This document shows positions 62,263 to 64,000 of a DNA stretch of 64,000 nt, in pieces. This stretch comes from Octopus sinensis (Eukaryota), in NCBI RefSeq assembly GCF_006345805.1, contig NC_042997.1, forward strand, positions 204,786,001-204,850,000, in the 5' to 3' direction. The stretch's first letter is position 1; each line of letters starts with the position of its first letter. Both the position numbers and the translations under genes were made by a program. The notes beneath the pieces are model-generated. The model was given only the letters and a program-made list of their open reading frames with translations, was not told where the DNA came from and searched no databases.

Positions 62263-63444
62263 ACAAAATTTGCAGCTACCTACAGCTTGTAGTAAAACAG
62301 TATGTAACATGTACCTATAAACAACTTGTAGTAAACCAATATGCCACTCTGCAACTAGCTCGTACACACATATGCCGTTGTCCACCTTACTTACAACTTG
62401 TCCTGCATGAGTGAGCTACGATGCACTACTTACCTAAAATAAAGACAAAAGAAAGATACCTGCTTAATAGACAACTATGCATCCCCTTCCTCCCCGAGTG
62501 CTCTATACTCATCTTACTGCAAATGCATACCATTGTTATCTCTCCGGCATTGCTGTAGCCTGACTCTTACCCTGTCCCATTTTTCTATCCCACCATGCCT
62601 CCACATAACTTTACCATCCTTCTAGGTACAAGTTTGAACTTCAATCAGTAACATACAGGAGTTGAAAGTGAACTTTAATTAAACTCACCTAATTTGTCTT
62701 CATTATTAGTCCAAGAAGACCAAAGAAAGTTAAAAGTGTATCCAACTTTCTTCCTCCACACATTAGAATAAATACAATTATAAATATGCAGATGCAGATA
62801 TGGTTGTGTGGTTAAGAAATTTGCTCCTCAACCACATGGTTTCAGGTTCAGTCTCACAGCATGGCACCTTGGGCAAGTGTTTTCTACTATAGCTTTCAAC
62901 CAGCCAAAGACTTGTGAGTGGATTTGGCGGATGGAAACTGAAAGAAGCCCATTGTGTGTTTGTGTAATTTCTGGCCTTGCTAGCTCCTGTTAAACCATTC
63001 AGCCGATACCAGCACAGAAAACAGATGTTAAGTGATGAGGACAATGATGATGATGATGTGTGTGTATATATATATATATGATGATGATATATGTGTGTGT
63101 ATATATATATATATAAAGATGTAAGAGTGTAATCAAAAAAGTGTGGATTCAGAGAATTGTGTGGCTGATCTGATAAGCTAGCTTTCTTTATTTGCATTAA
63201 TTTGTGAATGCAGAGCATCTTAACATTTGTTGCCTTCCTTTGTCATCTCCTTAATGATGTTCAACATGCAGAGATCAGCTTTAACTCCTTCTGCTTATGT
63301 CTTCCTCTGATTCCTTTTGAATGGATTTTTTTCGCTCATCTTCACCTCCCTGTCATCATTTACCACAGGCCCATATCAACACAGCCTTCTCTCTTACACA
63401 CTACATCTGATTCCTCTTATACTCAATTTTCTCATAGATCATCT

Positions 63445-63650
63445 GTGGCCGGTGGCACGTAAAAAGCACCCACTACACTCACGGAGTGGTTGGCATTAGG
63501 AATGGCATCCAGCTGTAGAACACTGTAGAAACACTGCCAGATCAGACTGGAGCCTGGTGCAGCCTCCTGGCTTCCCAGACCCCGGTCGAACCATCCAACC
63601 CATGCTAGCATGGAAAACGGACGTTAAACGATGCTGATCATCATCATCAT
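63445..63650 (+). mobile_element. Young RTE 3' end with a 12-bp internal tandem duplication (CTGTAGAA(A)CA)
   Basis: High identity to 12465-12640. Confidence 0.9.
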
Positions 63651-63689
63651 CTATGTTCTGTCAAACGAACATACTAATATTATATATTC

Positions 63690-64000
63690 AATGGATAATA
63701 CTTATATCATTTCTTTCCCACTATTCGTACACCCTCTCTGCATTCACAACTATGTAGCATTATCTCCAACAGAATTGCCGTTTGTATAAAAGATCTACAA
63801 TCTATCCTTTTCTCACACAGTGACTCCCACAGTCAGCAGAAGTATCAGTTCCCTTTCTCCATCCTATTCTGACTAATTTTGTTACTAAATTTCAGAATCT
63901 CTTTCCCCATTGTTTATTAGATCACTCAAACAGCAAAAGTTATCAACAACTTCTATTGAACTTTCTGAACATTGCATGGAATTTATTTTACTGGGGACTC
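63690..64000 (-). mobile_element. Old RTE ORF fragment
   Basis: The minus strand gives IEVVDNFCCLSD and VRIGWRK, aligning to LEVVDSFRYLGD and IRIAWAK of the full-length copy. Confidence 0.7.

Noticed and set aside
63820-64000. Plus-strand open frame with an apparent branch point and acceptor
   Set aside because: The minus strand aligns to the RTE C-terminal region, so this is antisense TE sequence.

Overview
AT-rich (roughly 35% GC by eye) animal genomic DNA, most likely octopod cephalopod. That assignment is inferred from memory of the repeat families and from the dense (TA)n/(TACA)n/(ATC)n microsatellites. The window is intronic or intergenic and made mostly of transposable elements. Its only long real ORF is a near-full-length RTE-clade LINE (about 8.2-12.66 kb; APE endonuclease, RT and an internal PHD-like finger; one nonsense codon). 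At least 25 5'-truncated copies of that LINE's 3' UTR, with (GAT)n tails, are scattered through the window. Also present: decayed R4/Dong-like, Tx1-like, CR1-like, Hero-like and BovB-like LINE fragments, several tRNA-derived SINE families, Tc1 and mariner relics, MITEs, three non-autonomous Helitrons and a solo LTR. No host gene can be named, although several short candidate exons with good splice signals are noted at low confidence. The most interesting signals are RNA-structural. (1) A complete minimal hammerhead-ribozyme motif sits in a head-to-head inverted Penelope-type repeat at 58.65-59.05 kb. (2) A tRNA-headed element ends in a decayed hammerhead with the same inverted architecture at 25.0-25.4 kb. 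(3) A putative HDV-like double pseudoknot lies at the 5' edge of an RTE-type 5' UTR at 44.87 kb. (4) A near-perfect palindrome of about 525 bp abuts a young RTE insertion at 43.6-44.1 kb. All structure calls were made by eye and need folding, alignment and cleavage assays.
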